This document shows positions 1 to 12,757 of a stretch of DNA of 64,000 bases, one piece after another (position 1 is the stretch's first letter; every line of letters starts with the position of its first letter). Where the stretch lies: the NCBI RefSeq assembly GCF_009834535.1, contig NC_045697.1, positions 102,736,001-102,800,000 on the forward strand, given 5' to 3'. This DNA is from Camelus ferus (lineage: Eukaryota). The notes below the pieces were generated by a model that did not search any database, was not told the DNA's origin, and was given only the letters and a program-made list of their open reading frames with translations. Made by a program: the position numbers and the translations under genes.

Positions 1-87
1 AAGAAATTGCAGAAAATCTTTAGATGACAACAACAACTAGTACTACTACCCAAGTTAACTAGACTTAACTACCATTAAAAAGAAAAC

Positions 88-370
88 CAGGTAAGATAAG
101 TAAGTACTAGGGATATAATGGATAGCATGACGACCACAGCTAACACTGATGTATGATATACAGGAAAGTTGTTAAGAGAGTAGATCCTAAGAGTTCTCAT
201 CAGAAAGAGAACTTTTTTTCTTTTTTATTGTATCTACATGAGATGATGGATGTTAACCAAATCTATTGTGGTAATCATTTCACAACATAAGTAAATCAAA
301 CCATCATGCTGTACACCTTAAACTTATACAGTGATGTATGCCAATTATTTCTCAATAAAACTGGAAAAGA
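88..370 (+). mobile_element. L1 3' end (L1MA9/L1_Art-like)
   Basis: Typical L1 3'UTR text (gtggtaatcatttcaca...tacaccttaaacttatac) ending in CAATAAAA. Confidence 0.8.
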
Positions 371-749
371 ATAATTATGTCCTTTCAAGACAAAAAACAG
401 TAAATATAAATACATACATACAGAATAAAATTATGCTATAGTTCTATTGTAAAAAGAGGAATAAAAGTCTAAGTAATGAATAATCAAGAAATGACAGCAA
501 CAGATAATAAATTTAGGAAAGAACATCAGACAAAGAAGACCAAGATCTGAATTTCACTTCTGTTCTTGAGTTTAAGCAAATTATTTCTCCTTGCTAGACC
601 TTCACTTCTCCATCTATTAGGCTAAATCATATAACATTGTCATTTTTGTAGGTCAAAAGTAAAATCAGGAAAATTTAATTCCCATATAATTTTTATACTT
701 TCCTCATAGGAATGCTCTAAGGTTACAAGGTAGTATAAATTTCACTATT

Positions 750-1080
750 GCTAAATCCACAAGATGCTTTTCACTTCAAACCTTCCTATTTTTTCTACAT
801 AATTTGATGCAACCTCTTCTTTGAAATGTTCTCTTCCCGTGGTCTCTGTGACTTCACCTTCTTCAGATATTCCTCTACCTTTCTCATCTCTTTTTTTGTC
901 TCTCTCTGGAAACTCCTCTATCCATTACTTAAACGTTGCCTTCCTCACAGTTTTGACCTAAAACTAGTCTCACAATATAGAGTTTGATCTACACAACTGT
1001 CCTAAACCACTGTATCCAGACCCATGACTTCAGAAACCTTAAGTGGCTATGTGCTGATGATTCAAAATTTTGTATCTCCT
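750..1080 (+). mobile_element. L2 fragment
   Basis: Pyrimidine-rich L2 text with degenerate RT motif tgtgctgatgattcaaaa (YADD-like). Confidence 0.6.
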
Positions 1081-1889
1081 TTTTAAGAGGTAACTTCTAA
1101 AGGTACTAAGAAAAGACAAGGTTATCTACAGAAGGCAAGGCAAGACAGAAAGATTCCATGATAAAAGCCACCCAAAGAGTTCTGGACTTTAAATATATTT
1201 CTTTTAAATTAGTTTGAGGCAGACAGTGTTCCTTCTAAGAATAACTACAGGTAAAATTTTTTAATCATCATTTTAGAGTAATTAGAGAGCTGCTAAAACA
1301 AAGAGGACTAGAGGACGCTAGGGTTCTGGGGAGGAGAGAACCTCAGAGAGGTTACTTGTCTTTTGGAACCCACTTTAACCACGGGGGCATTTGTTGACTC
1401 CAGGATGGGGTAAGATGCTAAGAATCATGGTTTTGCCCAGATAGACAGCTGCTTCTTGAAGTCAGAGAAACATGAAGAACCATTATGAGTGGTCTTTTAG
1501 AAAAGATACAGAGGCTTGAAGAACTTTAAGCACACAGCCTATTTTCTGCTCAAAATATTTGCCATGTTGTGAAGTTGTCTGGAATGGGAGGATGAAGGGA
1601 TAAGTGAGGGGTCTCTTAGAAGTAGAGTTTCTGGAAATCTCTCAGGGCTGAGGAAACAAGTCCTAAAATGTAGAACTTGCCCAGTGAGCACATGAGGCTA
1701 CCCAAACGACAGCCCTGAGTGGCTATGACATGGCAGTATTAAGGAAGAGGCAGGTGGAACCTTATCAAAGCTGCAACACAGCCTCAAATCAACTCAACTC
1801 AGAGACTGAGAGGAGTACAGTTTCTCGGTCTGTCTGCCTAGTTCAGGAATGAGCAAATTCTCTCTAGAGAAAGAAAACAGCATTGAGAG

Positions 1890-2184
1890 CAGCACTGTCC
1901 TATTGAAAGATACTGTAGGTCACAAATGTGAGCCATGTATGAAGTTTCACATTTCTAAAAGCTACATTTTAAAAACTTTGAAGAAATAGGTCAAATTAAT
2001 TTTATATTTATTATAACCAGAAAGCACTTCAACACATGAGCAATATAAAAAGTTAATGAGCTATTTTACATTCCTTCTTTCTATCAAATTTCTGAAATCC
2101 AGGATTTTTACACTTACACCACATGACAATTAAGATCAGCCAAATGCCACATGCAGCTAGTGGATAATCTACTGAACAGCACAG
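1890..2184 (-). mobile_element. hAT-Charlie MITE (MER33/MER3-like)
   Basis: Termini CAGCACTGTCC ... GAACAGCACAG, with degenerate 8-bp TSD ATTGAGAG (1882-1889) / ATCTAGAG (2185-2192). Confidence 0.8.
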
Positions 2185-2229
2185 ATCTAGAGTTCAGTCT
2201 TGCAATCAGTCAAAAACTACTATTATTAA

Positions 2230-5200
2230 CCCAGTTAAGAAATAAGAGGGAAATATGAATAAATGAAATGATAATTTCATCTGAGAATTGGAATATATTT
2301 TTAAAATGGAACTGGTAGAGCTGAAAATAAAATATCTGCAATTAAGAATTTAACAGATTGACTCAACAGATTATATATATATCAGAAGACAAAATGGACA
2401 AATTCCTTGAAAAATACAATTTATCAAAGCTAACAAAAAGAAATAGAAAATCTGAATAGAACAATATCTATTAAGGAAACTGCCTCATAATTTAAAACCT
2501 ACCATAAAATTCCAGGTCCAGATGGCATCACCAGTCAATTCTTCCAAATGTTTAAAGATGAAATCATATAAATTCTGCACAAGTGCTTAGATAGTAGAAA
2601 AGGGAAGACATTTCTAAAATATTTTTATGAGGCTAGCATAACTTTGTTTTGTTTTGTTTTTTATTGAAGTACAGTTAGTTACAATGTATCAATTTCTCAT
2701 GTACAGCACAATGTCCCAGTCATGCATAATAATACATATATTTGTTTTCATATTTTTTCACTGAAGGTTATTACAAGATATTAAATACAGTTCCCTGTGC
2801 TTTACAGAAGAAACTTGTTTTTTTAAAACTATTTTTATATATAGTGGCAAACATTTGCAAATCTCAAACTCCCAAATTTATTCCTTCCCATCCCCTTTCC
2901 CTGATAACCATAAGATTGTTTATTATGTCTGCAAGTCTGTTTCTGTTTTGTAGATGAGTTCATAGTGTCCTCCCCTCTCTAAGATTTCACATATAAATGA
3001 TATCATATGCTATTTTTCTTTCTCTTTCTTGCTTACTTCACTTAGAATGATGATCTCTAAGTCCACCATGTTGCTGCAAATGGTATTATTTTATTCTTTC
3101 TTATGGCTGAGTAGTAGTCCATGGTATAAATATGCCACAGCTTGTTTATCCAGTCATCTGTTGATGGATATTCAGATTGCTTCCATGTCTTGGCTGTTGT
3201 ATATAGTGCTGCTATGAACATTGGGGTGCATTATCTTTTTGAATTAGATTCCCATCTGGATATATACCTAGGATCATATGGTAAGTCTATTTTTAGTCTT
3301 TTGAGGAATCTCCATATTGTTTTCCACAATGGCTGCACCAAACTACATTCCCACCACACCCTCTCCAGCATTTATTATTCATAGACTTTTGAATAATGGT
3401 CATTCTGACGGGTGTGAGGTGATACCTCACTGTAGTTTTGATTTGTATTTCTCTGATAATTAGTGATACTGAGCATTTTTTCTTTGCCTATTGGCCATTT
3501 GTATGTCTTCATTGGAGAATTGCTTGTTTAGGTCTTCTGCCCATTTTTGGATTGGGTTGTTTGTTCTTTTGTTATTAAGTTGTATGAGCTGTTTATATAG
3601 TCTAGAAATTAAGCCACTGTAAGTTGCATCATTTGAAAATATTTTCTCCAATTCTGTAGGTTGTCATTTTGTTTTGCTTATGGTTTCCTTTGCTGTGCAA
3701 AAGCTCATAAGTTTAATTAGGTCCCATTGGTTTATTTTTGCTTTTATTTCTATTGCTTGGGTAGACTGCCCTAGGAGAACATTGCTGAGATGTATGTGAG
3801 ACAATGTTTTGCCTATGTTTTCTTCTAGGAGGTTAATCGCGTCTTGTTTTATATTTAAGTCTTTAAACCATTTTGAGCTTATTTTTGTGTATGGTGTGAG
3901 GGGGTATTCTATCTTCATTGATTTACATACTGCTGTCCAGTTTTCCCAATACCACTTGATGAAGAGATTGTTTTTTCTCCACTGTATATTCTTGCCTCCT
4001 TTGTCAAAGATTAATTGACCATAGGTCTGTGGGTTTATTTCTGAGCTCTCTATTTTGTTCCATTGATCCATATGTCTGTTTTTAGAGGCTAGCATAACTT
4101 TGGTTCCAATACTTAGAAAGGATATTATAAGAAAGAAATATTACAGACCAATCTTTCTCCTGAACACAAATGAAAAAAATCTAGAGCAAAATATCAGCAA
4201 ATAAAATCAAGCCAAGTGAAGTGTATTCCAGGTGTGCAAAGTTGAATTATCATTTAAAAAGTAATCAGTGTAACTGACTTTATTAATAGAAAAAAGGGAG
4301 AAAAATCATATGATCATCCTGTTAGTCACAAAAAAGGCATCTGACAAATTCAATACCCATTTACGACTTTAAAAGTCTTACAAATAGGAAAAGAATGCAA
4401 TTTCCTTAATATGAAAAACAGCATCTTCCAAACAAATTACCTACAGTGCTTATCATATACAATGGTGAAATTCTGAAAACTTTCCTAATGAGATTAGAAA
4501 CAAGACGATTATCCACATTTAATACTGTACTGGAGGTCTTAAGCAGTGCAATAATGTGAGGAAAATGGAAGAGAACAGAGGAGAGAGGAACAGAAGGAAA
4601 GGAGAAAGGATGAACAAGGATTGGAAGGGAAGAAAAGAAAATAACACTATTTATAAATTATATGATTGCATATCTAAAAATCCAAAAATAATCTATTAAC
4701 TACTAGAACTAATAAGACAGTTTAATTGGCAAGGTCACTGCATATCAGGTCAACATAGTCATAATTAAAACAGTGTGGAGTTAGTGCAAAGATAGAGTAA
4801 CAGGCCAGTGGAACAGATTAGAGTTCAGAACAGATCCTCACATTTACAGTCACCTGATTTTTGTCAAAGATGACACTGGTGCAGTAGGGAAAGGATAGTC
4901 CCTTCAAGCAATGATGCTGGATAATTTGGATTTCCATTTGGAGGGAAAAATAATAATCTTGATTTCTTCACTTCTCACCATAAACAAAAATCAGCTATAG
5001 ATAGATTTGGATCTAAATGTCAAAGGTAAAATAATAAAGCTTCCAGAAGAAAACAAAACATCTTCGTAACTTTGGAGTACATAAAATTTTCTTAAACAAG
5101 ACACAAAAAGCACCAATTAACAAATATTGATTAACTACCTTAGAAGTAAGAATTTTCGTTCATCAAAAGGTGCTTTTAAGTGAGTGAAAAAAAACAAGCC

Positions 5201-5801
5201 ACAGATTGGGAAATATTATGCATCCGTATATATAGCAAAGGACACCTATCTTGACTATTTACAAATCAGAAAGGTATATACCCAACAGAAATGCATACAT
5301 ATATTCAACAGTGTGTACTAAAATGTTCACAGGAGCACTAGTTATATCAGCTAAATTATCCATACACACACCAACAGTCAAATGAATCAGCTTGAGTATA
5401 TTCACAAAAGGTAATATTCCACAGCAGTGAAAATGAAGGATTTACAACCACCCAAATATATAGATGACTCTCACAAACATGGTGAGTAAAAGAAGCCAGA
5501 CACCAAACAGTGTGTGCAAAATATGATGCCATCTCTATAAAGTAAAGAATCAAAAAATAAAACCAAAAACCAAACATAAAAATAAATAAATAAACCCAGG
5601 TGAAAGCAGCCCATACTGGGAGAAGTTAGAATAATGGTTAGTTAGCTGGGGGACTATAAGGAAGCATAAAAGGGGTTTCTGGATTTTTACTGGTTGCTGA
5701 TTATGTAGGTGTGTTTACTTCGTGAAAATTCAGTGAGCTGTTCATTTATGATATGTGGACTTTTTGTATCAATGTAAAACTTAAAAGTTAAAAAAAAAAA
5801 A
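2230..5801 (+). mobile_element. Old L1M (ORF2 to 3' end), interrupted by a younger L1
   Basis: Degenerate ORF2 text (aaatggacaaattccttgaaaaatacaa..., caatctttctcctgaacacaaatg...) continuous across the insert, with A-tail near 5790-5801. Confidence 0.8.
2647..4084 (-). mobile_element. Younger 5'-truncated L1 with perfect TSD
   Basis: ORF2 C-terminal peptides in the ORF track (3664-4095, 3460-3651). AATAAA plus (AAAAC)n tail at left end. GAGGCTAGCATAACTTTG duplicated at 2629-2646 and 4085-4102. Confidence 0.93.
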
Positions 5802-6112
5802 GGGTCCAGACCTTTCTGCTCTGTCATCCTCTGCTGAGGCTGTGATGTCTGCAGCAGCTGCAAGCATCATGTTCTCATACAATAAATGTCCAAAAAGACT
5901 TTCTCCTCTTTTAATTATGGGGGAAAATATTTTCCAGAAGCTATCAGATTTCCCATTGGCTGTTTCTGGATCACATGCCTCTGCACTAACTGAAAGGGAA
6001 GCTGGAAATGAAGCATCAGACATTTCTGTTTTTACTATACAAAGTGGTCTCTGTCGGCAAGGAGGAGAGGTGGAGGAACGCAGCCTAGGTAATCAACAAT
6101 ACCCACTGCCCA
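5802..6112 (-). mobile_element. Old MaLR/ERVL LTR (MLT1-like)
   Basis: cccattggc...gatcacatgcc...aagggaagctggaaa pattern typical of reverse MLT1. Subfamily uncertain. Confidence 0.55.
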
Positions 6113-8469
6113 GGATCATTATTAGTGACCTCCCAACTAGGCTTGCCATAGCAACTTCTGTCTTCCTTCAGTCTAAGCTCGGATTAGAGGCAGAGTCATT
6201 TGACAAAAATGTTAATTCGAAAAACCTTCCATTAGCTTCTCACTGTAGTAAGAATAAATCCATGATCCTTAAAAAGGTTGACAAGGGCCTGCATGATCTA
6301 GTCTCTGCTTACCTCTTCAGCCCCATGTTCAGTGGTCCTTCACCTATATTTGAGCCGCATAATCTGCAGTTAAGGCAAAAGCAAATTCACACTGTGCAGG
6401 AAACCGACTCTGAAACTATTCCAAAGATCAAGAGGTGGCAGAGATATAAATTACGTGTCATTTAAAATGGGTCAAGTGTCTTGGACATGCTCTAGTGTAG
6501 TGAATTACTTTTATATTTGTAAATATAAGGATAATAAAAGAACTTTTGGTCTGTCACATGAGATCTTGGTCCCTCTAACTCTAACTTCTAAGTCTGAAGT
6601 TTAGTAACCACCCACTCTTTTAACAAGATTTTGTTTCACTTCCAGAAACCTAATACTCACAGTTAATGTGATTTTGCTTCCTTTTGCTTCCACTTTCCAA
6701 TCCCCACCCCATCCCTTAAATGCTAACTGCAGATTCCGATTAGGTTTATACCTTTTTTTCAAATCTCTCTTGACACTAGAAAACACACAAGTATATAAAC
6801 GCATACAAACTACTTTTGCCCTCAAACTTTTCAAACAATATATTAAAATGACATCACACTACAGCTCGAATCCAGTAGAAAAATCCATTTGTTAGTCAAC
6901 AAACTGTGCATTCACTATGTCTTGGACACTGGAAACTGTGACAGGGGTAAGTAGTAAGAGATAACCATTAATTTATTGGAAATTAGTGCATTTTATGTTC
7001 ATGAAATATATCTAACCACCCACTAATTCTTATGCAAATACCATTTTGAGGAATATAATTTACAAGTGCTTTGAAAAATAGTTTAGGAAATGATGGGCTC
7101 TCAAAAGTCAACTAAAATGACAGCTGAGGAGTTTGAAAAAATGTATAAAAGCAAGGGAGAGATCAACAAGAAACAAGGTACATTGTATCCTAGAATTTCT
7201 GAAATTGAAAGCACCAGGTAGCTCTGAAGGCAGGGATGCCAAGTCAAGTTAAAAATACACAAAGAAGCAAACAGGAAAACTAACTAGAGTCCATATAAGC
7301 AATAGTTAGATGCCAAGATCCTCACCCACCCCCAGTTTAAGTCGGCAGGTGACCATTCCTTTCTCACTCGTACAGAAAACAAAGTTTGTATTATCTCTAT
7401 GGGTTAAAGAAGAGAGGCTCTAGATTCAGGTAAAACATGACTCGATGGCGGCATCTTAGTGAAAAAAAGAAAGTGAGTGAACATCTACATCGTTCGTAGT
7501 GAACCTCAGCTCACTTCATCTTGTGCAGCTACAGGCATGCTACTCGTAGGCAGATCACCCTCAAACTCCGTCCACATCCCACTCCTTTCCCCGGCCGCAT
7601 GCCCCAGGCCAGGGAATGAGTCACTCTCTTCTGGATAGAATAAAGCCATAAGAAAAAGAGAAAAGCTGAAAGAGAGAAAGCCAGAAGAAAAGAGTTATAT
7701 ATAGTGATGCGAGTGGCCTCAATTTAACAAATATTTACCGGATGCCTATTCTGTGCTGGGCACAGGTGGTAGGTGTGTGCAGTTTTAAATAAGGTGGTCA
7801 GAACAGGCCTCAGTGAGAAGGTGACATGTGTGCAAAGAGGTGAGGGTACCAGCTGGACCATATTACTGTTAAGGTCTGGTGAGCATCAAACTCCATCATG
7901 AGCCCAAACTGCCTCCAAACTGCTATTCTGTACCTCACTACTAGATGATGAGAAAACAGCCAAGGATCTGCAGGTATGTTAAAAAAAAGAAAAGAAAGAA
8001 AGAAAAACAAAGACCAAAACATGGAAATTGAAACAAGCATGTAAACAAGCAAAAACAGAAAAGGAACTCTCAAGAGAAACAGTGAAGGGAGTACAAGATA
8101 TTTAAAAACAAAACGAAGCATCATTAATATCCTCAGCGACATAACAGAATGCATTCTTAAAACAAGAACAGAATGCCGTTTAAGATCAAGGAACAAAAAG
8201 AGGTCTTAGAAATTAAACATATATATATATATACGCAAAAACTTTTTATATTATACAAAGTTAAATGAATTGCTTGGGATACGAGAAAACAAAAGAGACA
8301 GAAAATGAGCTCAATGCAGGAAGTATCATGGCTAACAAACGTGAATTCAGAAAGAAACAGAGAAAACAGAGAGGAAAAATATGAAAGAACATAAGAGCAC
8401 CTCCCAGAACTAAAAGACAAGTGTCTCCACACTGATGGGAACAACTGAACACCCAGTAAAATGAAGGAA

Positions 8470-8473
<4 letters not shown>

Positions 8474-8523
<50 letters not shown>
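8474..8523. repeat. (CA)n microsatellite
   Basis: About 25 perfect units. Confidence 0.97.
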
Positions 8524-8525
<2 letters not shown>

Positions 8526-8929
8526 CATAGCACGGCCTTCATAAAATTTCTGAATATCAAAGTTAAGAAGATTTTAAAAGCCTCTACAGAGAAAAACAGG
8601 TCACACGCAAAGCATCAAAAATAAAAAGTGGCATTTACACAGAAAACTATGAGGCAATGAAGAATGTGCTTAAAATTCTGATGAAACAATTATTTCCAAA
8701 CAAGAATTCCATACCCAGCCAAATCATCCCTCAAGGGTAAGATTAAAATAAAGTTTTCAGTCATGAGAGGTTTCAATAATTTTACCTCCCATGTGGAGGA
8801 TGTATTTCACTAAAAGAGGAAGTAAATCAAGAAAGACAAAGACCTGGGGTCCAGGAAACAAGGAGTCTACCAAAAAAGAAGGTGAAGGAAGTTCCCAAGA
8901 TGATGTTGAAGGGATGTCTTAAGAAGATA

Positions 8930-9356
8930 GCTGTTAGTCCACGCCCTCTGAACAGACACCGAGACATGGATATACAAGAAATTTATTAGGGGAAACATCT
9001 GTGAAGGAAAACAGGGAGGGAGCCAGGGGTGGCTGGAAGAGCGGCCAGACGGCACTGCAGGTCTGGCCCCGGGGGAGGAGACAAGGGAAGGAAGGCAGGT
9101 TGGGTGGATGTGCTAGACTGCACTGCAGGTCCATGAAAAGTTTGGCAAGGCTGTCAAGAAGCCCTTAAGCCCTGACTGCCTGTCAGAAGACTCCTGAGTC
9201 CCCTCTCTGCTGTGCTCACTCACTGGCTGCCGGAAGACTGGGAGCACAGCCTCCTCGGCACAAACGCAGTGATGGATATCAGAGAGCAGCAGCTGGTGCC
9301 ATCAGTCAGTTACGCCCTGTGGTCAGACATCTGAGAGAAACATTCTCAAGGCCACC
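8930..9356 (-). mobile_element. ERVL-type solo LTR (LTR16-like)
   Basis: GC-richer block with reverse AATAAA near 8981 and LTR16-like text. Confidence 0.55.
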
Positions 9357-10023
9357 TGGGTGGCTCTGTAATGTGCCAACTTAGCTAACCTAAACTACAT
9401 CTCCCAGAATTCCCTTCCTAGTTCAGTGCCACAGCGGAGATATTTACATGCAAGATTTAGAGGGCAGAAGTGAAGCAGCAGCCATTCTGATTTTTACATT
9501 CAAGGTAGGTGAGTCTACGAGTTTTGGAGATCCCCAAACTAGGGATCACACATGTTGTCACTATCTGCTGCCACACCCTGCTGTCACGGAGCAGCAAGCC
9601 CCACCACTGTTCCACCTTCCCCGGGATCCTCCCGCAGCTTCTCGGACACATAGGCCGAGCGTGTGTCTGCTCCATGACGAAGGGTGTCAGCTCCTTCTGT
9701 AGGATCTGGCATCCCAAAGTCGGAGGCAGTGAGACTGACATGGATTCCAGTTCATCGAGTTGGTGCTCACGGGTTTCAGCTTGCCCTTGCTCTCCACCAT
9801 TTCACATCCATCTTCACTTCTGACTTCCTGCCCTTCCTTCCTGACCTCAAGCTCCGGTATCAGATGTTAAAACAACAATCTTACAGAATTTATTTAACCA
9901 CTCCTACTTGCTTAAGGTAGAATCCCTGTAACAAATCTCTTATTATTTACCACCCCATCCCCATTATACACACAGACTCATGATGTGCACATACACACAC
10001 GACACTGGTGCTCTGCTTCTCTA
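9357..10023 (+). mobile_element. ERVL-type solo LTR (LTR41/LTR52-like)
   Basis: Begins TG..taatgtgccaacttagctaacctaaactacatctcccagaattccctt and ends ..cactgacaCA. Confidence 0.65.
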
Positions 10024-11719
10024 AATGGACTTCCACTGACACATGGATACAGTAGCTGGACTCAAGGTCCAGGAGGGATGTTTCCATGAAAAAACATGTG
10101 AAACCCAGAGAGTATGTATGTTTCCAGAGGCATTTTATAAATCAGAGAATTTAGGGATATATCAATAATTGATAACATTTTTAAAATTCAGGAAAAAGTG
10201 AAGCAATCATTAATTCTAGGAAAATAAAATTATGCCTAAAAAGGAAATTAAAGCATGACGTAGGTATAAAACCAATACTTATATGGTCATGACAGTGAAA
10301 ACATGTATAATGATTTAGCAAATACCACGAAACACTATACTAGGAAGATGAAGAGAAGGAAAGTGCATGAGAAAAGAAATAGGATTATAGGGCAGAGCGC
10401 TGATATTTCATAGTAAGACATCATTAGATCATGTCTTTAAATACAGATATGTACACGTGTTATTTAGAATTGCACATATCTATTACAGCTGTCTGTGCAT
10501 ATGTCGTTTAGGAATATGAGAGCAAATACCTCCCCCCTCAAAAAACCCCAAAAGGGCTAAAAAACAAAGAGTAAGAGAGTTGCTCCCAAGGAGGAGGCCA
10601 GGGGTATGGGGCAGTGGGGAGTACCGGGGCTGGAAGTGCTGCTGCAGGCCCTCACACTTCTAACATATGTATGTATTTTACACCTACATACACCTAAACT
10701 TAAAAAATTAAATATAAAAAGTTAAACTTTACTTAAAAAACGTAAAAGTATAATTGAAAATTAAAGAATAAGACTCATCAAGTTGGCAAAAAAAAAAAAA
10801 AAGGAGGAGGAAGGGGAAAATTTGACAATACCAAGTCTACACCAGTTAAAAGTTCAAAAACAGGCACTGATCTATTGTTTAGGGATACATGCAAAGGTGG
10901 TAAACTATTAAAAAAAAAAACTAAGGAAATTAGGATAATGGTTACCTCTAAAAGATACAGAAAGGACTGTGATAGGGAGGGAAAAGGCATATTCCCAGCT
11001 CTGGGATGCTCATAAAATTCTCTTTTCTTACATTAAATCTGTTACATACCACATACACTACACATATGCTTTATGGACTCTGGGGAGGAGGGAGTACTAA
11101 GCACACAACAGAAAAAACTGCAGAAACTCCAGCACACACCTGCAGGATTTTTTGCGCCATATTTGAGGCTTAGCTTTTTCCCAGTGTTTAGTATTCCAGA
11201 TATATTATGATTCACTGTTCAATGAGCTCTAAAATAAACAAATACGTATTTCACTTACATTTTACATTAATTTACCTTTTATTCTAGAACAAAAATGAAA
11301 CAGAATTTGTATGTATGGTAGATATGATAAAACCTTATGTAAATACCTACAAATTTAGACTTTTCACATACATGAGTAATTCTTAAGGTACAGCAAATTT
11401 AAAATGTATACTGTCATTCTATCACCATAAATCTTACTGGTAAATAAATACTCAAAACAAAGAAACGTTAAAGACAGCCTTTAAGTACACATGGCAGTAA
11501 TACATCTAATGATGGCCTACTGCTGGATTATAGACCACTGGAAAAGAGGCAGGGAATCAGGAATTTAAGATACCAAAGAATCACTATAAAATACTTTTTA
11601 TATAAATCATTTAACCACTGAGTGAATAACTGCTTATTTAAAAACTCCAACTGAATCAGAAAGATACATGGAAACCCAATTATCTTTTAAAAAAAAAGTT
11701 TAGAGAAATATAAATATGG

Positions 11720-12150
11720 TTATGTTCTCATGTGGAATCTAAAAATGCCAAACTCATTGAAATAGGGAGTACAATGGTGATTGCCAGGGCCTGGGAGTTG
11801 GGGAACTGGGGGAGATGTTGGCTAAAAGGAACAAACTTCCAGCCATAAAATGAATAAGTTCTGGGAATCTAATGTATACATGGTGACTGTAATTAACAAT
11901 AACGTATATATTATATACTTGAAAGTTGTTAAGAGAGTAATCGTAAATGTTATCACCACATACACAGAATGGTAATTATGTGAGGGATGGAGGTATTAAT
12001 TAACTTTATTGTGGTAATCATTTCACAATGTATATATGCATATCAAATCATCACATTGTACACCTTAAAACTTACATATGATGTATGTCAATACTACCTC
12101 AATGAAGTCAGAAAAAATAAATAAATACATAAGTAAATAAGAAAAAAATG
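11720..12150 (+). mobile_element. L1 3' end (L1MA9-like)
   Basis: Typical L1 3'UTR followed by an A-rich tail. Confidence 0.8.
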
Positions 12151-12511
12151 TTCAGTATATCAGTGAAGTCTTCAAAAGGTCTTTTCATAATTGAGCTGCC
12201 TTCAGAAGGACTGTTAAAAAGCTAACAAAGGCAAGATCTATAAGCAGGCAACAAACTGAATAAATACTTTTTGATCAAAAGACATCTAAAGATTTTTACC
12301 ACAAGGATATCACAATTCCATGGCAGTAGTGAATAAAAAGTAGAAATCTGGCTGCAATATAATCCTAAGTACACTTTCAGGAGATGGGGAGCTCTGAAGG
12401 GGCTGGAAAGCAAGGTAATGGGAATTATTTAGGAGTGGATGAAAGAGACATCCCTTAATTAACCTACTTCATTCACGTTTTCTGGCTTTATGGTTTTTCC
12501 TCTTCTACGAG

Positions 12512-12757
12512 ATAATAACAGTTAACAGCAACTAATGTGTTTGGAGCACTTACTCTTTGCCAGGCAGTGTTTTAAGGGTTTTACATGTACTGAGTCATCC
12601 CAGCCTTGTAGCAGCCCTGTGAGGTAGACTATTTCCATCTTCATTTTATCCACAAGGAAACTGAGGCACATAGAAACTAGCTTTCCAAGGTTCATGGTTA
12701 AGCTGGCAGAGCAGGAACTCAAACCTCAGCAGATGACCCCAAAGCCCATGCTCTTGG
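12512..12757 (-). mobile_element. MIR SINE, near full length (second MIR at about 12885-13075)
   Basis: MIR core cattttat..acaaggaaactgaggcaca and 3' end gagcacttactctttgccaggca. Confidence 0.85.

Noticed and set aside
3460..4095. ORFs with clear protein similarity
   Set aside because: L1 ORF2 C-terminal remnants from a truncated, frameshifted copy, not a gene.
5842..6465. Longest ORF in the track (207 aa)
   Set aside because: Spans an MLT1-like LTR and an L2 fragment, has no recognisable domain or exon structure, and is likely a chance ORF.
8157..8560. Cys/Val-repeat ORFs (also 26843-27202)
   Set aside because: Translation of (TG)n microsatellites.
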